A stretch of 60,471 bases of DNA, filler included, from Sluysia triapertura (lineage: Eukaryota): the NCBI GenBank assembly GCA_046118255.1. It is 4 parts of 4 records of this genome, joined end to end, with 100 filler letters (N's around TTAATTAATTAA, not from the genome) between each part and the next. Parts side by side here need not be neighbours in the genome. Positions count along the whole stretch, not along the records: positions 1 to 15,565 come from JBJNIA010225016.1; positions 15,666 to 29,447 come from JBJNIA010020294.1; 2 more parts are not named here. One strand, 5' to 3'. Below, in pieces: positions 13,362 through 26,970 of the stretch. How positions within the stretch are numbered: position 1 is the stretch's first letter; every line of letters begins with the position of its first letter. The notes beneath the pieces are model-generated. The model searched no databases, was not told where the DNA came from, and was given only the letters and a program-made list of their open reading frames with translations. The position numbers and the translations under genes are program-made.

Positions 13362-13425
13362 ATCACCGGTCAACAAGTAATAAAATTATAATAAATGTCA
13401 TTTATTAGACTAGAGGTACCAAATT

Positions 13426-14632
13426 TTGTCTCGATCATTGTCTCAATTTTTTAAACAATTATTTTTTGGATACAATGTACTTGCTAATCATAAAGAAATA
13501 GCTATAAACTGTGTTTACCATTTATCCGATATACTGGAAACCAGCTTACATTTTAGTAATATATTGTTTATCCAATTCTACAAGGAAACAATTCAGTCTA
13601 ACGATTTTAGCAGTGCATGCACCGCCGTAAAAGATTTCACTGTTGCCAATATGTCGCTCGAAGATCAACATCAGAAAGATTATAAACCAATATCCCAACT
13701 AGTCATCACATGTTTATGAATCGATACTGTGTTCGTTGGAAAGCATAATCGAAGTCAGAGGTTAAGGCCGAAATGTAATTTAGAGCCAATCAGGTTGATT
13801 ATATTTCTTAATCCAATTTCAAATGTTTGTAACATGGAATTAAATGCTAAACCAGACCAATTTGTTAGACTATATTCTGATAATGAAATTAAACGTGAAA
13901 ACTCGGTCGAACTAATTTTACGTAATATCAATAATGTCTACTCAAAAAATGTTAATGATCGTTCACTTCAGGTCATGACCAACAACAAATTTAAAGTAAA
14001 ATTCTGTAAGCTCATTTTTCAAGAAAAATGTAAAGTTAACAAGTATATTTGTTTCATATATATATGTTCATTTATGTATTTTAATAGTGAATCACTGGAT
14101 TCACTTAATAATAACGAGTCTAGTTTGGTCACATTTTCTACTTTTAGTTTAAAAGTTGATCATATTAATGTATAATTTGTTTTTGAAATCGATTTTAAAT
14201 TAGTTGATAGAGTCATAGTACATGCCCATATTATTGGTTTCGATGAAGAATTCTAGTCTCAAAAGGGATCACATCTCTAAAGAGTGTATGAATATTATTG
14301 TGAACAAAATTAAGTCTTTTGTAGACGTTTTTAGAAATAATTTTAAAGGCCTATATATAACGAATCATGAGAGTAACATTAAATCTAAACTTATGTATGA
14401 ATTATCCAACTATGATGCTATAGTGATACTTAATAAATTGAAATCATATTTATTCGAAAACAAAATAGATCTATGTTACATAGAATTTAAATGTATTTAT
14501 CAATCTTTGTTTGACTTTCCAGATACATCGGTTTGGAAGTATCAAATACATAAATATACAAACGACGTTAATTTTACTTTTATTCAATTTTTTTATAAAT
14601 TAAATTCTTATTTATATTCAGATGATCCTTGA
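13426..14632 (+). pseudogene. Cluster of unassigned ORFs (97, 148, 136 aa); possible exons or decayed gene
   Basis: Consecutive same-strand ORFs with coding-like composition; no recognisable motif. Confidence 0.25.
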
Positions 14633-15039
14633 AAAACTTGCCGAAATGATATGCGTGAGGATACTGCAATTAATCTAACATTTTATGTTTTCTCACTAAA
14701 TATAAAGTTTTTATGTATTATAGTCTTATTAATGGTATCATATAATTACGCTACAAATAAATTAGGTTTTAATTTTAATAGTATCGAAAACAATGAGCTT
14801 AATATTAGTAATATGAATAAAGACGCTATGAGAATTAATTACAAGATGAAAAGATTTTGTTTTCACTCAAGGTTAAGGTTGAAATTCTATCCTCAAGTAT
14901 TATCAAGTGTACCGAAGTCTGATACCATAAATTTAATTACACTAAACCTACAAAGATAAAAGTTCGGCACTTTGAATTTTTAATTTTATGTTTCATTTTA
15001 TTTTATTAAATCAAATTTTATTTGTTTGTCTAAATTCAG

Positions 15040-15300
15040 GCTCGAAAATTGATTTCTAAAGCCTGCGATCAAATAAAGAAACAAATTATGGTAATAAGTT
15101 CGTTTGAAGACAAGAAGGTACAACACGAACAAATGAGAAAGGCCATTTTTATCTTAAATCATTGGGATGTTGTTAAAGCAAACTCGGCATCAGATGAAGA
15201 AGTTGAGGAAGTGCGACATAAAATTATCCAAGATATTAAAAATACATGGGATGATTCAGCTGAAGAAAATATCAATATATTCTTTATTTCTGCTTTACAG
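15040..15300 (+). CDS. Internal exon of a dynamin-superfamily GTPase (mitofusin/bacterial dynamin-like; G4 region)
   Basis: Bounded by ttcag| and |gtaaaa; 261 nt, phase 0. Encodes ...KAIFILNHWDVVKANSASDEEVEEVR...NIFFISALQ, resembling mitofusin/BDLP IFILNNRWD...EEVR...IFFVSA. Confidence 0.65.
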
Positions 15301-15565
15301 GTAAAAGTTTCTAAGTAATATATTAAATATATTAATATTGTTTATTTATTAATTTATCCATTTTTATGTATAACAATAAGTAAAAATACTACATTTGATT
15401 GATAGTACTCCTAAATAAATTATCGACATTGCTGTTATAAGAATTGACGTGGTTTCTTTAAATAAACTATCATAAATGTAATTTAACCCTAAGAGTTTAC
15501 CTGTGATCCAAAATAGCTTATCTGCAGGATTTTGTAACGTAATAACTTTACAAAGAGAATGTAGT

Positions 15566-15665
15566 NNNNNNNNNNNNNNNNNNNNNNNNNNNNNNNNNNN
15601 NNNNNNNNNTTAATTAATTAANNNNNNNNNNNNNNNNNNNNNNNNNNNNNNNNNNNNNNNNNNNN
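15566..15665. other. Artificial contig linker (N44-TTAATTAATTAA-N44)
   Basis: Identical 100-bp spacer with stops in all six frames occurs three times. Confidence 0.97.
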
Positions 15666-16829
15666 AATAAACATGGAAAATTCATGGCTCTAATGATTAT
15701 CATTTCATATTAAATCAACAGCATGCACTGATTAACTTATAATAATAATGCTAAGATTTTGTGTTACAATTGTTTATTTAGATTTTTCGTGAATCCCTTA
15801 CGATATTAGGCTTACTCACTTAAGGGCTAATACGTAAGTGGCGTATAAGATTTTTTGGAGGTTTAAATAAAATAATGTTGCTTATCTAGCTAAAAGAACT
15901 AATGCGATGATGTCACGATTTATTTTTTGTATTCTTGCAGTGGCAATTTATAACTATGTTATTTACATCACATCTCCGAAGAGTAATCTGTAAAACTTTG
16001 ATTTTATTATTAAAATATCCTTAACCGTCGATGATTATAAACATATTTTATGACTATACAATTTTATAACTGCCGTGAAAGATGTGAGGAATAATTTATA
16101 TGAAATACAAAAAATTTATATTATAACAAAACAGAAATTACAGAATCAACGAATTTTAGATATAGTAAAAATATAATAAAAATTATATGATTTACAAAAA
16201 ATTATACTGAGAGTAATAATTTTTCTCAATTTATTTTAGAATGAAGTTTTCAACGCTTTAAACGGTTGAAGTAAAAAAAATATAATGAATAGTTTAAGTC
16301 AATTTTTCAACTAATAAAATTAGTTAACTTAATATAAAACTGACTAACGTGGATTTGTAAAAATTTATGTTTGGGACTTGCTCAAGAGAACAAATGCCTG
16401 GAACTTGTTCAAATAAATTTAAACGTATATGTAAGTGTTGTTGCGTTCTTTTTTATTGTTTATTTTGCAACCTTTATTCATTAAAACAAAATTTAATTTC
16501 TTAAGTTTCAAATATTTTTTTAATTTTAAAAATGTAAAATTAGAAAGTTTATTTTAAAAAACAAAATATTAAAAATAAAAATAAAATTACTTACAATAAA
16601 TGAAAACATAAACATTATCCAAATTATTGATAAATAAAATATATAATCAAAAATATAAATGTATAGTAGAACTGTTATTGATCTATAGAAACTAAAAATA
16701 GCATAAATAAATTAATGTGTTTAGTTGACAATCACAAATATAAATATAATGTATGTATAAATTGACAATAAGAATAATGTAAATATTGAAAAAATAATTA
16801 TAAAAATAAAGTAAATTGTCAATTACTGT

Positions 16830-17181
16830 AATACTTTCCAAGAAAGCTTTGAGAATCTAAAAGAAATACCTCAAGAAATTTAGAAAAGAATGGGATATTG
16901 AATTTCCCACTTTACCACGAAGCAAAAAATTACTAAAGAATTTCTTATGCTAACTTACAAAATGAGATCTGAAGGTAGGTTCGCCTATAGTTATTAATTT
17001 GTATTTCTTAAGAAATGAGGGGGCTGGAGGATTTTCAGAGATTGTATAACGCAGATTCAAAATGCAGCTGTATTTGCAAGTAAAAACTTTTACAATGCTC
17101 ATATCTTAAGAATTTATTATAAACTGAAGAATTCTCTTCACAAATAATATCTTAAGACACAACCAATGCTTTATTAAATGT
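16830..17181 (+). pseudogene. Decayed two-exon coding remnant, family unknown
   Basis: Short GT-AG intron (about 16975-17012) joins frames reading ...TYKMRSE/EMRGLEDFQRLY..., but both parts carry in-frame stops. Confidence 0.2.
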
Positions 17182-20100
17182 GGTACGCATAAATCGGATC
17201 AATATAAAAATTTTAAATACTAATTTATAAAAATATTAAGATTACTCTTAATATTTGAATTAATATATTTTATGGAGATTAAAAAGTTACCTTTAAAATA
17301 ATTTTACTCAGAATTTAACCCTTTCTTTATAAAGGGGAAATACTTAAAAATATAAGCTTACGTATTTCATGGAGAGCCGAATCGCTTGTTTCAAAAAAAC
17401 TCGTAACGTTAATCAATATTTTGGTTCCAAAATATTAATATTCCACGTCAGAATTTGAAATTCTCGTCAATAATATTTTGTCTTTTGTGAATTGATTATG
17501 ATCTTTTTTTGCAATAATTACTTCTGTAAAATAAAACAATTAAAATAATTATTTTATAATAATTATAATAATTACCAAATTTGCACTAAGAAAATTATTT
17601 TCGCGCGTGCATAAACAATTACTTTAAACAATTATCTTTAATAATAAAGCAAATAACTATAAATTTCCAAAATTATTATATACAATTTTAAAGTAAATAA
17701 ATTTTCAAAATTGTTATAATTACAGTTTCATATTTACACTACAATTTATTTTTTATTTTATTTTATTTAATTACATGAAGTATTTAAAGTTTATTATGTA
17801 CAATTTAAATCGCCTTTATTTATTACTTTACAGAAGAAGCTGCAAATAGAAAAAATAAATGAAGCATTCTCAAAATAAGCATTTAAACAATACGAATAGA
17901 AATAATTAGTCCAAATTACTCTATAGAACAAAACTGAATATTATGTAGAAGATAATGGCCATATAATTATGAAAAGATGTGGTTTTGTGTGTTAATTTGA
18001 TTATAGAATTAAGTTGGGCATATTATGAAATCACTGTTAAAAACATCGATTAAAGAAAAATTGTTAAAAAATGAATTTGAAGAAATTACGCAACCATATT
18101 ATAATGTCAGTGAAAGTATTATTATTATCAGTAAAACTACACGTCATTTTAAAATATATTTCAAAATATTTTTCCAATTTATAAAAGTTAGTGTGTAAAT
18201 AATTCATACAGGTTTGATTTAATCAATATTTTTGATTTTATATGAAATTATTAATAATCATATAAAATATTTTTGTATTAACAAATGAAATTTTAAAGTG
18301 CAACTTCATTTTGAGAAAATTAATTTTGTTAGTTTCCTATAACACTTTTGAGAAATTTTGAAATAAATTTAAGATGCTTCAGCGTAACTTAGTACTATTT
18401 ACAGCCATTTTTATTATTTATCAATGAATAAAGAATGAGTTTTTCCATATTAATACAGTTTTTAATATTTGATTTTCTTTATAAATGGTATTGACACATG
18501 ATCAATAATATTAAGACTTTCTTCCATCTTAATTTTTGAATCCACAAAATATTTTGTGTACTTTTTATTTCGCGTCTAACATCTTATTTTATTTTGTCTT
18601 TGTTTCAGTTTTTTTAGCATTTTCTCCAAATATTTTTTTTATTCAAATATTTGTAAAATATTTCACTATTTTATTGATTAATTTTTCTGCTCTTTTAATA
18701 ATGTATTCTCTATTATTGATTTCAAATTCGGTATATATTTGGCATTTATAACCAGACTTAATAATATAATAATTATTGTAATTATAATAAATATATTACA
18801 TAATTATAAATTACTATTATATATTATTTGTATTTTTATTTATCGCTAAAATTCATTTAAATCATTCTCGAAAATAATAACATTTTTAGTATATTTTGAT
18901 TTATATTAAAAGCTTATTTTATAAAATTGTGTCACTTTTTCTTTATTTCATTAATATTTTCTAATTTTGGTCTTATTATCAAATCATTTGAAAAATTATT
19001 TGAACTATTTGTATTTATATAAATTTTATTTATAAATATAAATATTTACAATAATAAATAAATAATAATTTTTTTCATATAAATTAATTTTTGTATAGTG
19101 CAAACAATCACATATTCACTTCTGGCTTTTATCTCTTAGGAAACTATTTAATTACAAAGAAACTATTTTATTGTTCATTATATTTTTAATTAGAATTTAA
19201 AAGGTCGTGTATTATTCGGTTTCAATACGATTTTCAGATTGTTTTATTTTAATAACAAATACATTACTTGTTAAAATCGTTGATTATTTATTATTTCTTT
19301 CGATTATGACACTTAATTAATTTATATTTAAAATTATTTTATTTGGAGCCAAATTATAAATTCTAAAATTAAATTAAATTAAACAATATTAAATTATTTT
19401 AAGGAATTAATAGATAAATAGATAATATATTTATTAATATAAAATAGTGAAGTACATAATACTTGAGTTTGATATTTATTTTTATTTACACTGAAATTTA
19501 TTTTAAATTTATTAATAGTTTTATTTAGTAAAATTTTATTTAAATTTCGGTGTTGTTGAAAATGATAAATGTGATTTTATGAGTTTATTACATCTTATTT
19601 TATTTGCTTTGGATGGTTCTACATTAAAATAAATGTTGTAACAGTGGATTCTAAATGATCTTGATGACTTAAGATTCAAGGGCCACTATTTGAATTTGTT
19701 TAAGGATTGTTTAGAAAAGGTCAAATGAAATTGTTATTTAAATGCCGAGTGATTATAAATACACCAAAATTGTGATTTTATTCGATTTTAAAAATCTGTA
19801 ATTGTTTAGAGAAACAATAAATGAATACGTGTCTTCTACTATGTAGTAAATCTGTAGTTATTTATTAAAAGGGTGAGGGACGTAGATGTATTTTGTGTTT
19901 TAAGTAGTAGTGTCCAACATGTAAGTAATATATTCGGTATATGATGTTGTTGTAATACTTGTTGGGTGTAATTTTAAAGTAAAGCCTATGCGTCGCATAA
20001 AAACCATTAAAATGAATCATATGTTTATGTGATGTTTGCTTATTCTATTGTTATTTTAAAAATATATATTAATTTCATTAAATTAAATTTTTTACTTGAA

Positions 20101-22249
20101 AATTAATAAAATTATAAGAATTTAATTTACTTTTTCAAAATTCTTCTATTAGTGAAAAATATTTACAAATTTCAGTCGTAAGGACTACTTTATTCTTCAA
20201 ACTTAAGCATAAAAAGATAATAGACTTAGGCATTAAATTTCTAAAAGTAAATTTAGAAACATTAAACACATTAATATGAAAAATGTACCAACTATAATGT
20301 TTGTAAGAACTTTAGTATACTTAGTTAAATGTGTTAAATTAAATGATACCATCGTTCGGAGGCAAAAGTGAAACGGTAAACTTCTGACATTGTTACAGGT
20401 CTGCATAGTCATCTTTTGAAGAACTAAACCGAATTGTTCAGGTTTTGATTCTAACATTAACCTCGTTGTCGCTAGTAGCCATAGATAAACGCGTTTTGAT
20501 GGATCCATTGCGTGAAAGTGATGTAAATAAATCGGTCATCAAATTCAAAATTAACGTTGGTAAAGGATTTTATCAAATTTTGATATTGATATATACAAAT
20601 TTGAAAATCTTCAAATTTTAATTTCAATACGTTGCAATTTTTATTATGTATCTTGTGCAACAATGTAAACAATAATAATCTTTTAATAAATCGAAAACTT
20701 CATCAGAATATAACTTAATCGCACTTTACTTTTTATTGCAATTATAACACTTTCCAAAACGTATACTTTTGCTCATTACATTTTTATTAAACTGTTTAAC
20801 GAAATTCTTAAAAGTTGAATTACATTAATCATTTTTACTTGGATCTACTAAATCAAGCACATATTTTAGCTATGCATTCGTAGACATGAACTGATTATCT
20901 TTTATCAGAATAAACATATGAACTTAAAAATAGCTGCAAATATTTCTTAATCGTTTTTTTATTTTTAGCAGTATATCATATTTATTTTTTAATTAATAAA
21001 CACACATACACACACAAATAAAATAATATACAATGAAAACAAATAATTATTAATGTATTTATAAAAGAAAGGCGAAAGCATTTAAAATAAAGAGAGATAG
21101 TGAAAGAGAAAGAAACTGGCTAGATATATTAATTATAGAGTTGGTAAAAATTGTTGTTGTTGAATATGATATTGATGTTGTATAGCTAGATCTATTTGTT
21201 TAGCTAGTTCAGTATTATTTATAATGACAGAATAAAAATTAACAGGATTTCTTAATGAATTCTCGTGGCAACATAATACAGACTGTTCTTGTAAATATAT
21301 TAGGATCTGGAAATTGAAAACGCCAATCTTTTAATAATGATTCACAAAATTGAATTTATTTAAAAATTTAGGCGTTACTAAACTCATATATTTGTCAAAT
21401 TTATCTACAGATGTTTTATTGTCTTTAGTGTTTGAAATTGTGTTGTAGATGAAGATGTAATTATTGCTGGATGAGTGGATACGGAAACTGACTTTGATTT
21501 TGTATGTTTATGATGAGACGGAGTTGGTATGTAGAGAGTTGATGTGTACTGCTTTTGTAGGTCGAATGATTGCTTACAAGTCGATGAGTTGTGAGTACTT
21601 GAGAGACAATTACATTCATGCATTCTAGGTACAGGTATTGTAGATGGAAAAGTGACAATGGATAAGAGAATTGGCATATAATTAACATAAGGATGCTGCG
21701 AATGATGGTATTGGTTGTGGGAAGTAAACGATGATGGCAAAGTGTTCCATGAGTAAGAAGAAGATTTATTTGAGTGACTTGAAGAGTGAATTGTGTTGTA
21801 ATGAATTTAAAGGAATTGTTGAGTTTTAAGATTTCGAATTATTCGATGCTGATAACATAAGACCAAACATTCCTAAAGGTAGTAGTACTATTCCAACTAA
21901 AACAATAATTAAATAAAAGTTTTAAACAATTCATACACCAAAAGTATGGACAAGTTTTATAATTAAGATCGCCATCATTAACATGACTATTTGAGGTAAA
22001 TTATTTATTTGGTGTGTGATAAATGTGTGTTGAAGGTTTTCTTTTTTATACACTTTTTGTTTATAAGATATAAAATTTAGAATTATGGGATGAACCACTA
22101 CATAAATGTTATGCAATTAATATACCGTAGTTTAAGTATAATTAATCAATAATCAATATATGTAAATTAAAAATGCACGATTGATTTTTCTTTTAATGAT
22201 AATTATTTTAAACTTTTATATCGATTGATATCTAATATCAATATTTAAT

Positions 22250-22410
22250 TATATTGAGATATGTATAAGGTATAGAGTTCCTCAGGGATCAATACTTGGT
22301 TCATTATTGTTTACAATAAATCAGTGATATTCTAATCATAAGTGATCAATACCACATATATGATGATGATGTGCAAATACATACTGAATTTGCAATCAAT
22401 AATACTGCAA
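22250..22410 (+). mobile_element. L2/CR1-type LINE RT fragment
   Basis: Encodes YRVPQGSILGSLLFTI (GVPQGSxLGP motif) and YDDDVQI (YADD motif); similar to the 9560 region. Confidence 0.75.
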
Positions 22411-22454
22411 GATTCCTACGGGTTTTGCGAATAAATCTTATAAATATAAAACCG

Positions 22455-23197
22455 TGAGTCCACCAACGTATTGGTCTTACAAACTGAATGGCCAACCGTT
22501 GGATTTTTATCACTATTTGCAAAAAATCAAGTTTAATAATTTAACAAATAATATTTTAGGGCTTTAATATGATTTTACAGATTTTAATGATTTTAAAAAT
22601 AATATGAAAAGATTTTACTCTGGTTCGATTATACGAACCTTTCTAAATTCAATATGTTAATGAGGTTCAATGAAAGTGAACCTTTTAAATAATTTTACTT
22701 CGATTCGCAAAGGAACCGTTACTGATATCAAAAAATTTATAATAAAATATCCAAATTTTATTAACAAAATGAAAAATGTACAATCGAGTGATCAAGTATA
22801 ATAAAATAATAAAATGTTAGAATAGATTATTTTCAAATATAATCTAGAAGTAAATTTTTATATTAATTTTAATGCGCTATCTCTAAACGATAGCGAGAAA
22901 TTAAAAAATGAAATTTAAGTAATATTTTAATAACGCAATTTTATAGATTGCAAAAAACCTTAAAGATAAAAACTAACGACGAATAGCACTTCCTTTGCGA
23001 TATTTGTAGTCGAAGATCCTTTCAAATTAACGCGAGAAACTGTATGTGTACTTAGATGAAGCTGTCCAAAAACACTCGATAAAGATTTAAAAGAATGAAC
23101 GTTAACTGAATATGTCGTATTAAAATTTGTGCGAGAAAATGTTTAAATGTGTCACCTTATATACTTGTTTAACACTGCCCTTGAAAGAATTAAAACA
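22455..23197 (+). repeat. Dispersed repeat family B, copy 1 (TG...CA, LTR-like)
   Basis: Starts TGAGTCCACCAACGTA...GGCCAACCGTTGGATTT, has internal AAACTAACG, ends CCTTGAAAGAATTAAAACA. Shared with 26971 and 52117. Confidence 0.7.
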
Positions 23198-24089
23198 AAA
23201 TGGAAGCAAATAATTTTAATTATTATTTTTAATAGATTTGTAAATAATTTTAGTTATTATATTAATATTAATTTTAGTAATGTTTTTTAATAATTTTTTA
23301 ATAAATCAATTAACAATAATATTATCAATAATTATACTAACTTGGATGACGTTTTCTTGATTATTTCATAAAATTTCCAACAATTAAATTAAATTGATTA
23401 TTTCATAAAATTTCTAACCATTTTTTCTTATTAAATTGATTTAATAAAATTATTACCATTAAACTTTTATATATATAATTTAAAATTTAATATTTGTTGA
23501 CCTTCTGTACTTTAGACCTTTAAATTATTCTGTACTTTAGACTTTTTTTATTTTACAGTATCAACAAATTTTATTAAACAATATGAAAATAAGTTGAATC
23601 TCAAATATACTATCAGATTCAGTATCATTATAACGAAAAAAACAGAGTAAAATGGATATTTTGTGATTAAAACATTTAAAGGTATTTAATCTAATCAATA
23701 AGTTTTACTTACAAATTATTCCCCTCATTAAATCGCTGTGGGAAAAGTTAATTAAATAAATGATTTTACATAATATTTTACTATTCCAATCTCAAAGATT
23801 GAAACTTCCATATAAAAATAACTTACTGAATAATAATGGAAAAGGCTGGACACTCGATAAATTCAGGCTGATATTACTTAATAATTTTTATCTTAAAACA
23901 ACACTGAATTTATTAGTAGATAATGAGAATCGTTAACCAGAAAAAAGAATAAATTGCACTAATTTCTCCTTTGCTGTCGTTGTTGGTTAGATTTTTTAGT
24001 GTTATTGAGAATTATATTTATTTTGTGAGAGAGCCAATGCTAAGTAATAATTGACGTTTCCACTGATAAATTAAATCGTGTTGAAAAAT

Positions 24090-24263
24090 TAGATTGATAC
24101 TACTTCATATACTAGTTAACAACCAATGAAAATTGATCGAAAATTCTAAAATTTGCTATTTCTTTTTTGGTAAGTAGTATTTTCTTTTTTGAAAATTGAC
24201 AATTTTAAATGATTTGTGTTAAGAAATTTGATTATTTGAGAGGGTTTTAATGACAACCTAACA
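24090..24263 (-). mobile_element. LTR family C 5' fragment
   Basis: Reverse complement starts TGTTAGGTTGTCATTAAAACCCTCT and has ATTGG and AGTATAT motifs, like the LTRs at 42910 and 44806. Confidence 0.55.
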
Positions 24264-26970
24264 GTACTATTTCGCTTGGTCCAACGACCCTTTACTGTAC
24301 ACCCTTGGTAAGTATTTATCTTCACTAATAACTAATTATTTTCAAGCATAAAACTTTTTAAAAATTTACAAAACTAATTTCATTATTATTGTCATACTAC
24401 AGACACTTCGTAATTTAGTGGCCTGATAAAATTTGGAGATATTTTAATTTATAAAGTAATTTAATTCGGTATTGATGGGAAATAGATTTAAATTAAAATA
24501 CACAAAATACAATGTGTATTATTTTTAATTTAAAAATAAATTGAATTAAATTAATTATTTGATAAACATTTTTCAAATAATTTGAAAAATCACACTTATT
24601 TTAATCTTTAATTGTTTTCCAGATTGGTCTACCATAAGTAAAATTATAGGTACACCGAAATATTCTATATAATTTATTAGTTATGTAAACATGTTTCTTA
24701 ATTGTCTTTCATATTTTTATTACTATATATAAAAATTAACCAAAAAATAAAACTATTTCAGTAAAAGTACTATTGCAAAACGGAAATTTTAATAATTGCT
24801 GCATAAACACTTTTACTGATCAATTTATATTGGAAAACAATAACATTTATTATATAAATATTGTAAAAATAATCATAATTGTTATTAAAAATAATATATT
24901 TATAATTTTAACATTTCTGATAAAAATAATTATAAATAATTAATGTGTTTTATGTAAATCTAGTAAAACAGTTACTAAATTAAAATTAAAAGTAATTTTA
25001 ATTTAACAATTTAATAAATAAGATTTAAAAAAATTTCTACATTTATTAAAGTTAACAAAATTTTTAAATATTTCATTATTGTTTATTGAAACATATATTA
25101 TATTGTTTAACATTTGTTTTATTGGTTTGTCCAAAAAGTATTTTACTATTTTCAGAAAAATAAAATATTTTTATTTAAACTATTTAATACCGTGTAGGGT
25201 CATACAGAATCTTACAGTATCACATAATTCAAAACAGTGATTCTTTAGTCTTTTAAAATTATAGTTCAAGCAAGTTGTATTGTAGGAAGTATCACGATTA
25301 ATTTAGGATGTTAGATTTAATCGAAAATTTCGATTCTTTTGAAACCTTCGAATCTATGTTATTTCATAGAAGTAGCTTATATAACATTCAATAACCTAAG
25401 CTTCTTAGTTTTCGATGATACTGAAGTTCTGAAATAAGTAATAGTCCGAAAGAACAAAACATGAATTATAAGTGGATATTAAATTAATTCAAATCTATCA
25501 AAATTATCTAATAATATGTTTATTTTTGGTGCGAGAGATTTGATATTATCTTGATGAATATTTCTGCATAATGATCAATCATAATAGCTTCAATTTTTCT
25601 TTGATATATATAAGTCAGAATTAATAGACTGACAACATCTTCAAAAATCCACAAAACAAATATTTTGATTTTTTCCAAATATTATTTATATTAACAGTGA
25701 TTTTAATAAACTTTTATTCATGGAAATGAGTGCAATAGAAAATTATTATAATCATCATTATTAGTTATAAACGAATAATCAATTAGTTTTGCTGCATCTT
25801 TAAAACAAATATGATGAATATAATAAATTTGTATTATGAATTTTCTCCTTATACTTTAGGTGTTCCTGGATGCACTTCTTCAAGGCCTTTCAATTACAAT
25901 TTTAACATTCAAAATTTATAATTGCATTTAAATTTAAATGCAATAACAAATGATAGAAGTGATATTTTCAACAGTATTTTAATTAATCGGCATAATGATA
26001 CACCCTCAAATAATTCATTTACCTGTTTATCGGACAAACTTTACGAAACCTGAGCATACATAGACTTAGAAATTATGAAATCATAAAAAGACCTTAGATG
26101 TCACAAAACAGTAAAATTAAAAATAAAAGAACAAATTAAAACAATTTAAAAATAAATAAAATAATATTAATAATAATTCTAAAATAATATTAAAATCTTA
26201 AAAAAATTTAATGTATTTGTAAAATATTTAATTTTAATTAATATTTTATCACAGGATCTGCTTTTTTTGTATCTGAAATTTTTTTGATCTATTCAATGCT
26301 TTAATAATTTCAAGGTTTTATTTTGATCAAAGAAGAATGTCACGGTTCAGAGAACCATGCAATTTGTTACATGATTTGAATAAAGTCCAAGAAAGATTTA
26401 TAGGTTATATTTAATGGTTTAATCAAGTTATGATTAATTTAATCATAATTATTTATTTAAGTAATTATTTATTGAGTTATTATACTCCTTTTATAAAAAT
26501 CCGATATACGTGTAGTTTATTTCGTCTAGTATGCCACCATTAATAAAAAAATTGAAAGATAATGATATATGCAAGATATACATTTATATAACAAGATAGA
26601 TACAAACAAACGACGTATGAATATGCATTATTATTATTATTATATTATAATAATAAAATAATATTAATATACTAATTTATATTGCGCTCACATATATTGC
26701 AAAATGAGTACTCACAAGCGCTTAAATCATTCATTAAAATATTTCTGAAACAGAAAGAATTCTGCCTTTTTCTTAAATATTTCATAATATTCCAGTAATG
26801 TGGTTGTATATATTTGAAACATAAGCAGTATACAACCTATCACCTAGCTTATTATCACTGTGTATTCTTTGTAGATTATTATATCTGGATGAAATATTTA
26901 TCTTGATTTCCAAATTTTTTATTATGTGAGAATTTTAAAAGATAAGAAAGAATAAAACAGAATTTTAACG

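Noticed and set aside
15610-15621. TTAATTAATTAA as a biological palindrome
   Set aside because: Identical and centred in N runs three times; an assembly spacer.
17835-17880. bHLH-like peptide KKLQIEKINEAFSK after a splice acceptor
   Set aside because: An in-frame stop follows immediately and there is no second helix; too short to support.
20233-21740. Minus-strand ORFs of 66-111 aa as a gene
   Set aside because: No recognisable motifs, and I could not build a consistent spliced, stop-free model.
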